A stretch of 64,000 bases of DNA from Lytechinus pictus. Taxonomy: Eukaryota. The DNA is taken from the NCBI RefSeq assembly GCF_037042905.1, contig NW_026974140.1, positions 1,428,001 through 1,492,000 on the forward strand, in the 5' to 3' direction. Below are positions 37,385 through 50,289 of this stretch, in pieces. The translations under genes and the position numbers were made by a program. A model generated the notes under the pieces. The model saw nothing but the letters and a program-made list of their open reading frames with translations, did no database searches and was not told the DNA's origin. Position 1 is the stretch's first letter; every line of letters begins with the position of its first letter.

Positions 37385-38060
37385 TGGATACAGAATACTT
37401 GGATACTATTATATTAAAACATGTATGGATATGAATACATGGATACGTGGATACTTGGATACTATTGGATACTTGGATACGTGGATACGCGGATACGTGG
37501 ATACTTGGATACTATTGGATACTTGGATACGTGGATACGTGGATACGTGGATACTTGGATACTGTTGGATACTTGGATACTTGGATACGTGGATACGCGG
37601 ATACGTGGATACGTGGATACTTGGATACTATTGGATACTTGGATACTTGGATACGTGGATACGCGGATACGCGGATACGTGGATACTTGGATACTATTGG
37701 ATACTTCGATACTTGGATACGTGGATAAGTGGATACGCGGATACGTGGATACGTGGATACTTGGATACTATTGGAGACTTGGATACTTGGATACTTGGAT
37801 ACGTGGATACGTGGATACGCGGATACGTGGATACGTGGATACGTGGATACTTGGATACTGTTGGATACTTGGATACTTGGATACGTGGATACGCGGATAC
37901 GTGGATACTTGGATACTATTGGATACTTGGATACGTGGATACGTGGATACGCGGATACGTGGATACGGGGATCTTAGATACCTTTGGTTACATGGATACT
38001 TGGATACGCGGCTACAGGCACATGCCTACATGAAAACTTAGATACATAGATACTTGGATA
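37385..38060 (+). repeat. Tandem array of 8/10-bp GGATAC(GT/TT/GC/TATT) units
   Basis: Read directly; generates the DTWIRGY ORFs. Confidence 0.95.
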
Positions 38061-38394
38061 AGAACATCAAGGAGTTTTTGATACTCTGGAACATGGAAAA
38101 CACATGAAGAAGTGCATGATACTAAGTGTACTTTTAGAACGAAGCATCACAGACCCTAATTACCTTATTTTCAGATAATTGACATCGTCACTTTTAAACT
38201 GTATTTTTCTTGAGAGAAAAGATAGAAAAGGCTACTTTCATCAGTGAATCGTTAAAAATTGGCTGCTCTCTTTATAATTATAACGAGACATATATCAATT
38301 CCCTAAGCCCATATGATTATGTCCCGCCCTTCCTAAACCTTTCCGCGTCTTCCGGAAACCATCCGCGATCAGGTCAGCTTCAGGTAGCAAAGAA

Positions 38395-38556
38395 GAAGCC
38401 ATGCGGAATGTTTCAGGAACTTGCGGATTGGAATAAGAAGGCAAGCGGACAGTTTCAGGAACGTGCGGACAGGAATAAGAAGGCAAGCGGACTGTTTCAG
38501 GAACGTTCGGATTGGAATAGGAAGGCAAGACGAGTGATTCAGGAATGTGTGGATCC
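38395..38556 (+). repeat. 42-bp minisatellite, about 3.5 copies
   Basis: GAAGGCAAGCGGACWGTTTCAGGAACGTGCGGAYWGGAATAA units. Confidence 0.85.
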
Positions 38557-38744
38557 AATGCTAATATTTATGGAACGAGTACACAAGTAGCAAAAGCCAT
38601 TTGTGGTCAGTGCGCTAGATGGGGCAACGGGATATAACAAGTAACGAAGTACGGGGTCAAGGGTCCTAATTAGTATATCACTAAACAGACCTGATGAATT
38701 AAAATTTCAAGCAGTGTTTTAAACATATTACGCGAGCGCGGAGC

Positions 38745-38779
<35 letters not shown>

Positions 38780-39129
38780 GGGGGGGGGGGGGGGTTACAG
38801 ACTTGAAGGAGGAATATTTCAAGCATTTTCTACTGATCCGAAAAGTGGACTTTTCAAGTATTTATGCAATAGTCAAGCTGGCAATGATGCGAGCAGATTA
38901 TTTCGTTCTGTACTGAACATAAAAAGACGTTTCATGCAATGCTTGATTATGAACAAGCGTATTTTAATGTACTCGACTGAAAAAAAGGACCGTATAGGCA
39001 GCGCTTGACTTTACGAATAGGACAAATATCATAACAAAATTAATAACACAGGTAAAGATTTCAAACAGAAATTCAAGTTTATATTCCTAATGCATTTTAA
39101 GCACTTTGTTTGATCGTGAATGAGATTTT

Positions 39130-39492
39130 ATTAATAAGAAATAATAATAAATGATAGCATGTTTATAAATATCGCTTTTCTCAGAACGGCTCAAAACGAT
39201 TTACAGCATATTATTATCCCATGATTCATTTCAATCCCGCATGAAAAGTGCACAATTTCCACATCTTGGGAAGCATTCCTTGCATTCATCGCAGCCTCGA
39301 AATGGCGCTTGCAAATTCAAGCATACAATAACTTTCGCATCCAACCGGTATACCCATTTAGCACCTGGGTCGAGAGTGGCAAGGTGTGCCGGCAATACGT
39401 CTTACCAAAGGACGGTATATAGACCGCGGTGGGAATCGAACACACGACTCTCCGTTTACAAGGCGGGAGTCAGAACCACTACGCCACGACTC
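39130..39492 (-). mobile_element. Full-length tRNA-derived SINE
   Basis: Minus strand: A box TGGCGTAGTGG, B box GTTCGATTCC, central CTCGACCCAGGTGCTAAATGGGTA block, L2-like TGTAAATCGTTTTGAG...AAAAGCG tail, (TTA)n end. Confidence 0.8.
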
Positions 39493-40063
39493 TTAAAAAA
39501 AGGCCTTCCTGAAAAAGTCGTGCACAGAACATGTTTCTCATAAACATAAAATATGAGCGCGAACTTCTTTCAAACATCAAGGATGAAAAAGAAAAGACGA
39601 AAAGACCTAAGTATTTTTCGTAAAAATGAATAGCATGCACAATCTTCTTAATTAAAATATTAAAAGCATGAAGAGCGAAATGAACCAATAATTTTAACAA
39701 ATTGACCTAGCTGAAACACTGATATCTTCCCGTCTGTAAATTTCTTCACTCTTTTTCTTCTTTTCCACTCTTCTTTGCATTTATTCAATTTTTCCTTTTT
39801 ACGCAGCCAATAGGGCGTAGAGATCGCATTCGGCCTCCTGGAATTGCCCATTTACATTTTCTTTTTTAGTCTATATTTTAATTGGTACAAGAGGAGGCAA
39901 AGGCGATTAGACACTGGATTCACAAGTTCGTCCAAAAATTAAAATTGATATTTCTAATCTTACACATTCACAATCTTGGCCAATTATTTTCTGTTCATTA
40001 TCGCGATTTTTTTTCCTACTTGATTCTATTTCACCTCATTTCATTCATCTCCTTTGTTTATTC

Positions 40064-40150
40064 CAGGGGCCGCGGAACGGTTTTCAAAGTGGGGGGGGGG
40101 GGGGGGCTGAAGCCCCCCAGCCCCCCCCCCCCCCGGTTCCGCGGCCCCTG
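40064..40150. mobile_element. 87-bp hAT-like mini-MITE
   Basis: TIR CAGGGGCCGCGGAAC / GTTCCGCGGCCCCTG; related copy at ~25348-25478. Confidence 0.75.
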
Positions 40151-42909
40151 TAATTCCTATTTCTTTTGTGCTGTTTGTATATCTCTTTTATACTGGGAGG
40201 GATAAGCCAGCAGCAGGGAGAGGAGGGCCGTATTAGCACGACATCCCCCCTTTGTTTTTCTTTTCCACCATATCATTTTTTAAGTTTCCCTTTCCATTTT
40301 ACTTATATTTCTTTTGTTTGTACTTTTTTTAAAGGGGTAAGCAAGACCACCTCGCCCCTTGGTCTGCATGTGCCTGTCGACTGCAATTTGCATCCTAACT
40401 TCCCGTTTTCTTCCTCTTTTGTAATATACATGTATGTATTAATTTGTGGAAAAAACTATTAGAAAGTAATGTTATAAAGGGAGCCTCGACTTTGCTATTA
40501 ACATATGCAGTCTTTTTAAAGTTACCTTAGATCCGAGATAATTTATTGTCATGTATAAAATGCACAAAATCTGCTTTCAAAAAGTGAATACTATTACACC
40601 GACAAACACAATTGTTTTTAGCCTACATATTTCAACAATCAAATAATGTGAGCGCAAAGCGCGAGCTGAATATTTCTTACATTCCCAGCTATATACAGGG
40701 CATTCTAAGCACCTTTTAAAATCACGAACAGGATAGGGGTATGACTATACACTTGATGTGAGCGCGAAGTTTTGTAAATCATGAAAAGGATGGATAAGTG
40801 GATAAATGGATAACATTCCTACATTAATAATTTGATAATCTGATCTGAAACTGGAACAAGATTCGTATCTAAATAAATATGCGTGCGTGTGTTTAGATTC
40901 AAACCTAGAATCTGGACATTCTAATTACATTCTTTATCATAATATCAATAATAAGAGCGCGATCCGCGAGCTAAAGATATTTGATTTTCCGATCCCCCCA
41001 AAAAAGTTAATTTAAGCGCAATTACGAATTGGATATGGATCGTGCTTAATAAATGATGCGAGTCAAAGCGCAAGTTGATATTTTTATCAATACATATATT
41101 TCCAGTTGCGACCGGGAAATTTTAAGGACATTTTTGTTTTTGTCGAGAGATGAAACTTGTCGATATTCCGTTCTGAAAAAAAAAACCGGACAATGATTAT
41201 TAGGAAATAATGAAAATATTATTATCTTACTTATTTATTTAATAAGCCCAATGAGGTCGCGAAATTAATATCAAGGTAACAAAACTGGATATTTTGTAAT
41301 CATGAAAAGGATGCATGGGTTAATATACTTTAAAGAATACTTTAAAAATAATGCGAGCGCAAATTGCAAGCCGAAAATTTTGATAAACTGTCAAGAAAGA
41401 GGAATTTAAAATAATTTGTTATAATTGATATAGGTATACATTACTCCCCAATCAAAATGCAAGTGCGCAGCTTTAGCTGATACTATTCAGAATCAGATAA
41501 GCCTAAAAAGTGATATTTTTCAAAAAAATATGGAATACACGAAGAGAATAGTTACTTGACGAATTGAATAATGCTAGTGCGCAGCGCGAGCGGAAAATGT
41601 CGATATTTAGACCATAAAATATAGTCATTTTACAGAAAACTATAAAATATATTTGTAAATCAAACAAATTGAAAACTCAGTGTCCGAGAAATATTTCATA
41701 TATTTACTTCAAAACTTGATATTTTAAGCTCAATATAAGCCTATTGAGCAAGTTATGTATATCAAAGATTAGGCAATGTGAGCACAAAGCGAGCGAAAAT
41801 TTAAAATAGTGACATGAAATCCCCCCCCCCCTCATCTTATTTTATTCACTCGTCTTACTCCTCTTATTTTCCCTCTTCATTTTCTATTCTCTTTTCTCTT
41901 CTTTTTCCTCTCTTTCCATTTTTCTTGTTTGCTCGTTCCAAAAAGTGGGGGGGGGGGGGCATTTGATATCAAATTCCAAAAAGTGAGGGGAAGCGTCTCC
42001 CTGTCCCCCAGGGATTTCCACCAATGTATGCAATTTGATTTGAAATAAAAGAAAACCCTACATCATCTTTGTAGTCGATTTTTTTTTTTTTAAATAGCAT
42101 ACTTTCATGACGAATTACTTCATTCTCGCCTGCTCCTAAATCGGATTTAATAAGAAAATCAATGTTTCTTTAAAAAAAACCGCACCCCAAACCCCAAATA
42201 ACACCCCTAAATTCATTTTAAAAAAATATATGAACGATAATTTTCTTGGAGTATTCGCAATTTGTCCGAAAATTATTCTTATTGTCCTCGTCCTTAAATT
42301 TACCACTCGTGACGTTGTCCTAAATGTCTCCGGTTCTGTCCTAATACGATCTGCATGCTGTCCGCGCCAAACGCCGACAAATTGATTTAGATAATCTTGT
42401 CCCAGGACAGTCCCAGGAATGTCCTACGACAATACGCAGACAGTCCTGGTCGTGTCCTAGGACAAGATCATTTGCATAATCTTTTACGGAATTTGGTTGC
42501 GGACAGCATGCCGAAATGACAAAAGTAGCTTCCGCAACCCTTCCTGGTCTTGTCCGCGCCCTAGTGGAAAACCGCCTTAAAAAACAAGCTGTGTGTCTCA
42601 AACAATTAAATGTGAGCGCGAAGCACGAACTTAATTTTTTGTATATTGACATGATAAAGGAGCATTTTGACAAATTTTGGAAAGAATTTCCAAAGAGGAT
42701 AGGTATCTCACAAATCAAACAATGCGAGTGCGCAGCGCGAGCTGGAAACTTTTATATAACAATTTGTGTAAATCAAACAAAATAATGAAAGCTTGAGGTG
42801 CGAGCTAAAACATTGTGTGCAAATTGATTTCAGAACTGGATATATGAAATGTCATTTAATTCTCTTGAATGGGAATCATTACAAAGGCAATGCGAGCGCG
42901 AAGCGCGAG

Positions 42910-43626
42910 CCACTTCCATTCACGAGTGGATACCATGCGCGACCATGGGGTCTCGAAAAGCACCCTAAACACGTAATTTCCATATTCTGAAAATGCGCCC
43001 CTTAACAAGTATTGGCGCGTGAAACCCTACCCTTAACAAGAATTGGTAACAAAACGATACTCTTGGCAAATGTTCCCTGAAATGAACCCCTAAACAAGTA
43101 CAGGAATGTTTCATTGTTACGGGTCCTTCGGCCGTCGGCTTTACCTTATTTGGTTTAGTACGACCCCACCTTCTACACCTCGCGCAAATCGGACTCTAAA
43201 TACGAAGTGTTGGGGCAAAAAGGACATCCTTTATAAAACATTTTAATTTTGTTTTATCATCCCCGCGAATTCGACCCTAAACACGTAATTTTCCTAGCGA
43301 AATAGATACAGGAATGTTTTATTGTTACGGGTCCTTCGGTCGTCGGCTTTACCTTATTTGGTTTAGTACGACCCCACCTTCTACACCTCGCGCAAATCGT
43401 ACTCTAAATACGAAGTGTTGGGGCAAAAAGGACATCCTTTATAAAACATTTTAATTTTGTTTTATCATCCCCGCGAATTCGACCCTAAACACGTAATTTT
43501 CCTAGCGAAATAGATACCCTTTTTTCATTATTTTTGACACCCTTATCACGTTACGTACATAACGTGCCCAATCGTGAAAAAGACATCCTTTTTACGTGTC
43601 AATGTAAGTGCCCCCCCCCCGCGGGG
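42910..43626 (-). mobile_element. Family C MITE (reversed) with an internal 208-bp tandem duplication
   Basis: Homologous to 31465-32004; 43099-43306 is repeated at 43307-43514. Confidence 0.8.
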
Positions 43627-44166
43627 TTCAAACAAGGACAGAAAATGAGCTATGCCTATATTATACGAATCGCTTCATATTTATCCTCCTAAACATTCAG
43701 AATCCATGTCATATTCATCATAATCTCTAGATTTATAGAGAAAAAACAGCAAAAATATTGCTCTACAATTCTAAAAAGAAGGGTATATACACATGTATAT
43801 ATTATTTTAATTATACGAACCAAAAGTCCAGTTTTCTGTCTTATAATTTACTGTGAAAATCACAAGAATTTGATTTAAAAAAAAAAAAAAAATTTAATTA
43901 AAAAAGAAACAAAAATAGAATGGACAAGAAAGGAAGAATATAAAAGAGAAAAGAAAAATATATTAAAAAAAAAAAGAAGAAAAGAAAGGAGAAAAACAAC
44001 GTAAAGGAAAAGGAAAAGTGTTTAAACAAGGACAAAAAAATGAGCTATATGCCTGTATTGTCTTGAAAATGATTTTTTTTTAATAAGATGACTGAGACAC
44101 GTACTGTACTGGGCCATGTTAAACCAAGAAAAGAATATAAACCAACAAAATTCTACTTTTAGTTAA

Positions 44167-44749
44167 AGGAGAATGAAACCCTTGAAACCAGCTGAATCCA
44201 TATCAAAGAGAAAAATCAAAGGAACACATTGTTGAAAGTTTGAGGAAGATTGAATGAATAATAAGAAAGTTATGAGCATTTGAATATTGAGATCACTAGT
44301 GCCATGTAGATCCTCCCATCGGCAATGCGACCAAGATCTGTGATATCACACACGTACAACTCCCTCATTACTTTAGTACTTATTTCACTTATATTCTCAC
44401 TTTTATAGAGTCTATCACAAGGTGAGGTGTTCTCTTTATGAGATGACAAGTACAGAGGTTTCACAACATTATATCATTGATGAATCGTTTGTCATATGAT
44501 TAGAATGAGCAAAAAGAAATGTTTTGGGGTACATTTTCAGTGTCCAAATGGGAGAGTTGTACGTGTGTGACATCACAGATCTTGGTCGCATTGCCAATGG
44601 GAGGATCTCCATAGCATTAGTGATCTCGACATTCAAATGCTCATAACTCTTTTATTGCTAGTCCTATTTTACTCAAAATTTTGTTGATCTTATTTTTTTA
44701 TTTTTCTGCTTTCACAAAAGCTAACTTGCTCCAAGAGTTTCATTCTCCT
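44167..44749. mobile_element. Kolobok-like MITE, family A
   Basis: TTAA TSD; reverse complement of 18199-18782. Confidence 0.85.
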
Positions 44750-44924
44750 TTAACGACAGATCGACCGACTGAAATGTGGATGAAAATATTTTCTGATTCT
44801 CCCTTCTTTTCCCCCTTTTCGCGAAAGGTGCATGGATCCTCCCCTGTATAACATACCCCCACTACTCTCCCTCCTTCCACCCCCCCCCCCTTTGGCGAAA
44901 GCTGGATACTCCCCTGTACCCCCT

Positions 44925-45130
44925 CCCTCGTATCCACAAACATTATCCCAGCTGCCCGTATCCTCGTATCCACGTATCCGCGTATCCACGTATCTTCGTA
45001 TCCAGTTATCAGTACGGTAGTAGTATCCACGTATCCCAGTATCCACGTATCCTCGTATCCATGTGTATCCACGTATCTTAGTATCCATGTATCCGCTTTT
45101 ATCTCAAAAAGTACCGGTACGTCGTATCCG
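44925..45130 (-). repeat. Inverted GGATAC-unit array (GTATCCAC on +)
   Basis: Same unit as 37385-38060 on the opposite strand. Confidence 0.9.
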
Positions 45131-46198
45131 TTGTTTTCTCGTTTTAAAATCTAGAGATTTTTGTAATCGATTCATGACATTGGATTCTAAAGGTAAGCCC
45201 TGCGGTCTAAGGTAGGATACTTCTGAATTTTATACATTTTTTTGTAAATTTGGATGTAATTTCTTTTTCATAATGTGACATTTTATGTACAAAAAAACGA
45301 TCGGAAATCGGGTTTCCGAGTTTTTTAGATCTAACGTTACTGCTAATACGTTGTCTGTACGTACGGGCCTCCAAGGTCTTCAGTCTATGTATTGGTGAGT
45401 GAGCCGACGCAGTTCAGCGGAACAACCAAAATACAGAGACTGAAGCTTTTGGTCTATTGCCAGGCCTGTCGTGCGTATGCTGCTCGCTCCAGTCCCCATC
45501 GGAAAGGGGTAGTTGTGTGCTTTGGTGATCAGTTCATTTCAGGCTCTAGTCACGTGAAAAAGCATTCAGCTATGAGGCATACCACGTTCCTCATTTATTA
45601 TGAGCATTAAGCATTTGTTCCTAAGGAAACTGCACACCAAATTATGCTTATTTACTAATCAAAATCCATGAGAAGTGTACTCTATTCTATTGGATACTGT
45701 ACAAAACATATTGAATACCAGCCTTTCATGTATTATTTTACAGTTGTATAGTAACCTCTCTTTATCTCTTCTTTCAAAGTTTCCGGATCACTCACACAGC
45801 CACATTAAAAATTTGATAATCAGATTTTCCTACAATAGCACTGAATAAAGACAAATGGCAATATATCTAAGTAAATCATTCATTGCTTTTATTAGTAAAA
45901 AAATAGTAGAGATGGCACATTAAATCAAATGGCATTATTGCAATCATTACTTTTGTTGGTAAAAGAAATAAAGAAATAGTACGGATGGCACATTAAAATA
46001 CAACAAACAATACTTCATATTTAATATGTCTAAAATGATAATAATTACAAATGATATGCTTCCTTTTTTTATTTTAAAAATGGCTCTAGCAAATAAAAAA
46101 ATGGCTCTTAGAAATTGAAAAATGGCTCCCATAAATTTGTGACCAGTGAGAAAAATGGCTCCTGTAAAAAAAAAGTATTTTTTTCCCTGGTGTCAATA

Positions 46199-46994
46199 AT
46201 GTCAAATACAAGATCTAAATCTGCCGCATACACCGGCAAACTCAGTGACACGCCCATTTCTAATACGTACGCTACGGAGGAAGCGGTGTCGGAATTTAGA
46301 GACCAATTTGACAAATTCTCTTCAAAAGTTCTAGACAAACTTGATAATGTAACATCAACATTATTATCAGTTCCAGATGAAATGAAAAATATCAAATCTT
46401 CTCTTCACGAAGTTGAGGCATTATCGGCTAATTCGGCAGCTAGAATCGATACATTAGAACGCGAGACCCTCCCTGGAATGTCAAGAATGCAGAAGGAATC
46501 CAACCAAATGATGCGTGACTCATTCATCGCAATGGAGATCCATGACCGTAAACAAAATCTTCTGTTTTATGGAGTTCCCCAGAGCCCACAAGAAAATACT
46601 CCTGACATCCTGCGGAAGGTTATCGTAGAACTTGGTTTACCCGAAGACCAAGTTCGGAATATTCAATTTGTTAACATTCATCGTTTGCCGAGGAAATCTT
46701 CGACGTCGTCATCGGCGACCCCTGTCCAACCCAGACCCGATTATCGCACGATTCTTAACGTTTTTTTTATTATGATGCTGTTCTTAGTGAAATGAACGAG
46801 ATCCAAGTCGGCTATCACGATTCGCATAGACATACCACAAAAAGCAGGTGCGGTACGAGCTGGAAAAGGCAGCATACGATTTGAGGAAGACCAAGGAAAT
46901 GTCTACACGAATTCGTCTCATCAGCACGAAGCTAATTCTTGAATACAGACCAAAAGCACAGCGACAAGAGTCCTGGTTGCTATATCAGGTGTAA
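46199..46994 (+). pseudogene. LINE ORF1-like protein (coiled coil + RRM-like), frameshifted near the C-terminus
   Basis: MSNTRSK start, heptad-like region, RKQNLLFYGVPQ and IHRL motifs typical of L1-type ORF1 proteins found in CR1/L2-group LINEs. Confidence 0.75.
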
Positions 46995-48237
46995 TCAGGA
47001 TAGATGTTACAATAAATCATGTATATAGCGATCAAAATTGAAATCTTTCATCTGAAGTTCCTGTCTTCTTTTTATATCGCTTCGAGGCCTTTTGGCTAAG
47101 GTCATGTATCATGTGTAAATTCTTCAACCACGTGCATAATGTTTGTAAACAGGCGACGACTTTCCCACGGAATGACATCACGATCTGTGCAATATAGTTG
47201 TATACAGTGACCTACTGGGAAATAACCGTATGTTCCTATAAAATGTTTCTTCCCTGATCCTTTTCATCCCATTTAAGCACGTGTCTAATGTCTATGTTTT
47301 TTTTGTGTCTAATGTTTTTTTTTTCTTTCTTTCCTTTCTTCTGTCTTGCGCAACACATCCTTTACTACGAAGACCTCTTTGTGTGAAAAGCTTTGCATTA
47401 GTTCAGTAATTATATTTGCATCCGTATGATTTCTTTTGTTCTCTTTTTCTTTCCTGTAATACATATAATTATGTACGCATATCAGAATAAGTCTACTATA
47501 CTTTTTTCATTTCCAAGGGGGATCCACACTTTACAAGCTTTGCTTTTTAGTGGATCCCCCTCATTTCCATTTATGCTCTATATTATACTGTTTTTTCTGT
47601 TTTGTTTTTTTTACGAAGTAAGAATGCCCTTCTGGAAAATTGTACTTGATTTGTATTACTTTATATTACTTTGTATTATGTTTTTTGAATGGAAATGAAA
47701 TAAAAGAAAATTGAATATAAATACTGATTAATTTCCCACGGGTGATTATTCGTGCATGTATGTACATTTCCTCTTGATCCCGATTTTGGTTTTTAGGACC
47801 AGAATTAGTTTGGCTATAGATGTGATTATTATAGACTATACTATCAAGTTCACATATTTTATATTTGCACTCCTTTTTTTAAACCTACATGTATGAATAA
47901 AACATCAACGAGCTATAAAACGAAACGATTGCTAAATTTCTATTATGATTGATTCATCATGCCTAAGGAATTTTTCAGAAATATTCAAGACTATGTGATG
48001 ATTGTGGATTGATGTTTTTTTTTTCGTTTATTTTATGTACAGATTTATTGGATTAATAGTGATTTTAAAAATACTTAAAGGTCTGCTCTGTTTCCGACTG
48101 ATTCACTATATGGAGATTTTTAAAATATTTCAATACTATATGAAAAATATTCCATTAACATGAATGAAATTTGTATTGTTTGATAAACAGATTATATATG
48201 AATTCTTTTATAGATTTATCCCCTTTTTAGGAATCTG

Positions 48238-50001
48238 GGGCGGTATTCTGAGGTCATTTTATCTTTGAAATATTTTATTTTATCTCTTAAAATGAAATTG
48301 GTATTCTGAGATGACATTTTATCTCTCAGATAAAATTTAAAATTTTATCTTGCGTATAAATTTCATTTTGCGTATCTATGATGATACACAACAGAGCAGT
48401 GGCAGCGTAGACATACCCATCGCGTATCTGGCCATTGCAACGCGGATGATGTGCTTGCGCCCAAGTTACTTTGAAGAAAAAAAAAAAAAACTTAAAAGAG
48501 GGTAGGGGCTATTTTATCTCCGCGACGTTTATTTCACCAATATTTCTAGGTGAATTAACCCCAAATGTTGACATGAAAATGAAGGAAAATTATATATTTA
48601 TTGAGAATAACACCTTAACGTTATTCCTGTACAATCGGAAAGTATTTCATAAGACTTGTTTTGACTAATATTGTCTTTGAAATGATGCTTGAAAAGATGC
48701 GATAGAGACTTTGAAAAAAGATGAGAGTATTGTCCTTTTTGTCTCACCTGCATAGCAGAGTGAGACTATAGGCGCCGCTTTTCCGACGGCGACGGCGGCG
48801 GCGTCAACACCAAATCTTAACCTGAGGTTAAGTTTTTGAAATGACAGCATAACTTAGAAAGTATATGGACCTAGTTCATGAAACTTGGCCATAAGGTTAA
48901 TCAAGTATTACTGAACATCCTGCCTGAGTTTCATGTCACATGACCAAGGTCAAAGGTCATTTAGGGTCAATGAACTTAGACCATGTTGGGGGAATCAACA
49001 TCAAAATCTGAACCTAAGGTTAAGTTTTTGAAATGTCATCATAACTTAGAAAATATATGGACCTAGTTCATGAAACTTATACATAAGGTTAATCAAGTAT
49101 CACTGAACATCCTGCATGAGTTTCACGTCACATGACCAAGGTCAAAGGTCATTTAGGGTCAATGAACTTTGGCCGAATTGGGGGTATCTGTTGAATTACT
49201 ATCATAACTTTGAAAGTTTATGGATCTGATTCATGAAACTTGGACATAATAGTAATCAAGTATTACTGAACATCCTGTGCAAGTTTCAGGTCACATGATC
49301 AAGGTCAAAGGTCATTTAGGGTCAATGAACTTTGGCCAAATTGGGGTATTTGTTGAATTACAGCCATAAATTTGAAAGTGTGTTGGTCTAGTTCATAAAA
49401 CTTGGACATGATAGTAATCAAGTATCACTGAACATCCTGTGCGAGTTTCAGGTCACATGATCAAGGTCAAAGGTCATGTAAGGTCAAAGAACTTTGGCCA
49501 CGTTGGGGGTATTTGTTGAATTGCCATCATATCTCTATAAGTGTATTGGTCTAGTTCATAAAATGTGGAAATAAGAGTAACCAAGTATCACTGAACATCT
49601 TGTGCGAGTTATAGTAGTTTTCAAAATCAGCACTGCTGCTATATTGAATCGCGTGATGCAGGTGAGACGGCCAGAGGCATTCCACTTGTTGTTAAAAAGA
49701 AATCTCTGTAAAGACGCGCAAGCGTATTTGAAGTCAATAAATTGACGCAATCTGTCCCCTTTGCCACACCTCTTGGCGGAATGGATTTCAATTGGTTGAG
49801 TGACACGAGAGAGCTATAAAAGCGCGTTTCTAATTGGATATTGATTAAAAAGTAGGTGTGTCTTACAGAGATAAAATGAAGATAAAATTGTTCTCAGAAT
49901 ACCAATTCGGAGAGATTTTATGGGTATTTTATCTCACTAATTTTAAGGGAGATAAAATATTTTATTTTATCTGAGATAAAATGGATCTCAGAATACCACC
50001 C
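48238..50001. mobile_element. PIF/Harbinger-like MITE hosting a HINE
   Basis: TIR GGGYGGTATTCTGAG; 3-bp TSD CTG. Confidence 0.8.
48739..49689 (+). mobile_element. HINE-like element, near-identical to 29620-30576
   Basis: Same termini and units, very few differences by eye. Confidence 0.85.
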
Positions 50002-50289
50002 CTGAATTATATTTATCTTATGTATGCATTTACTTTTGCTGAATGTGGTTTTGGATGGATACATAATGTACCTTCATGACAATTTTAATATAATCTTAAC
50101 AAATTTTCTTATTCGATTCTGATTTCTGCTTTTTAAACCTTAGTGTAAGTTTGTATAAGATTTGTATTTTTCTTTTTTTACACACTCAGTGCAGCTTTAG
50201 TTTTCGTACATTGATATCATACCTCTGTATCAGTATATTGTATTTGTTTTTTTTTCTTATTTCTACTCTGCTCCTCTAGTGAGAAGTAA

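Larger units (their letters stand above)
36973..45193. mobile_element. 8.2-kb foldback-like TIR element with inverted GGATAC arrays, carrying several nested insertions
   Basis: TIR CCTTTAGAATCCAATGTCATG / CATGACATTGGATTCTAAAGG with TA on both sides; GGATAC arrays in opposite orientation near the two ends. Confidence 0.7.

Noticed and set aside
37371..38041. DTWIRGY-repeat ORFs in several frames
   Set aside because: Translation of a nearly stop-free 8-bp tandem repeat.
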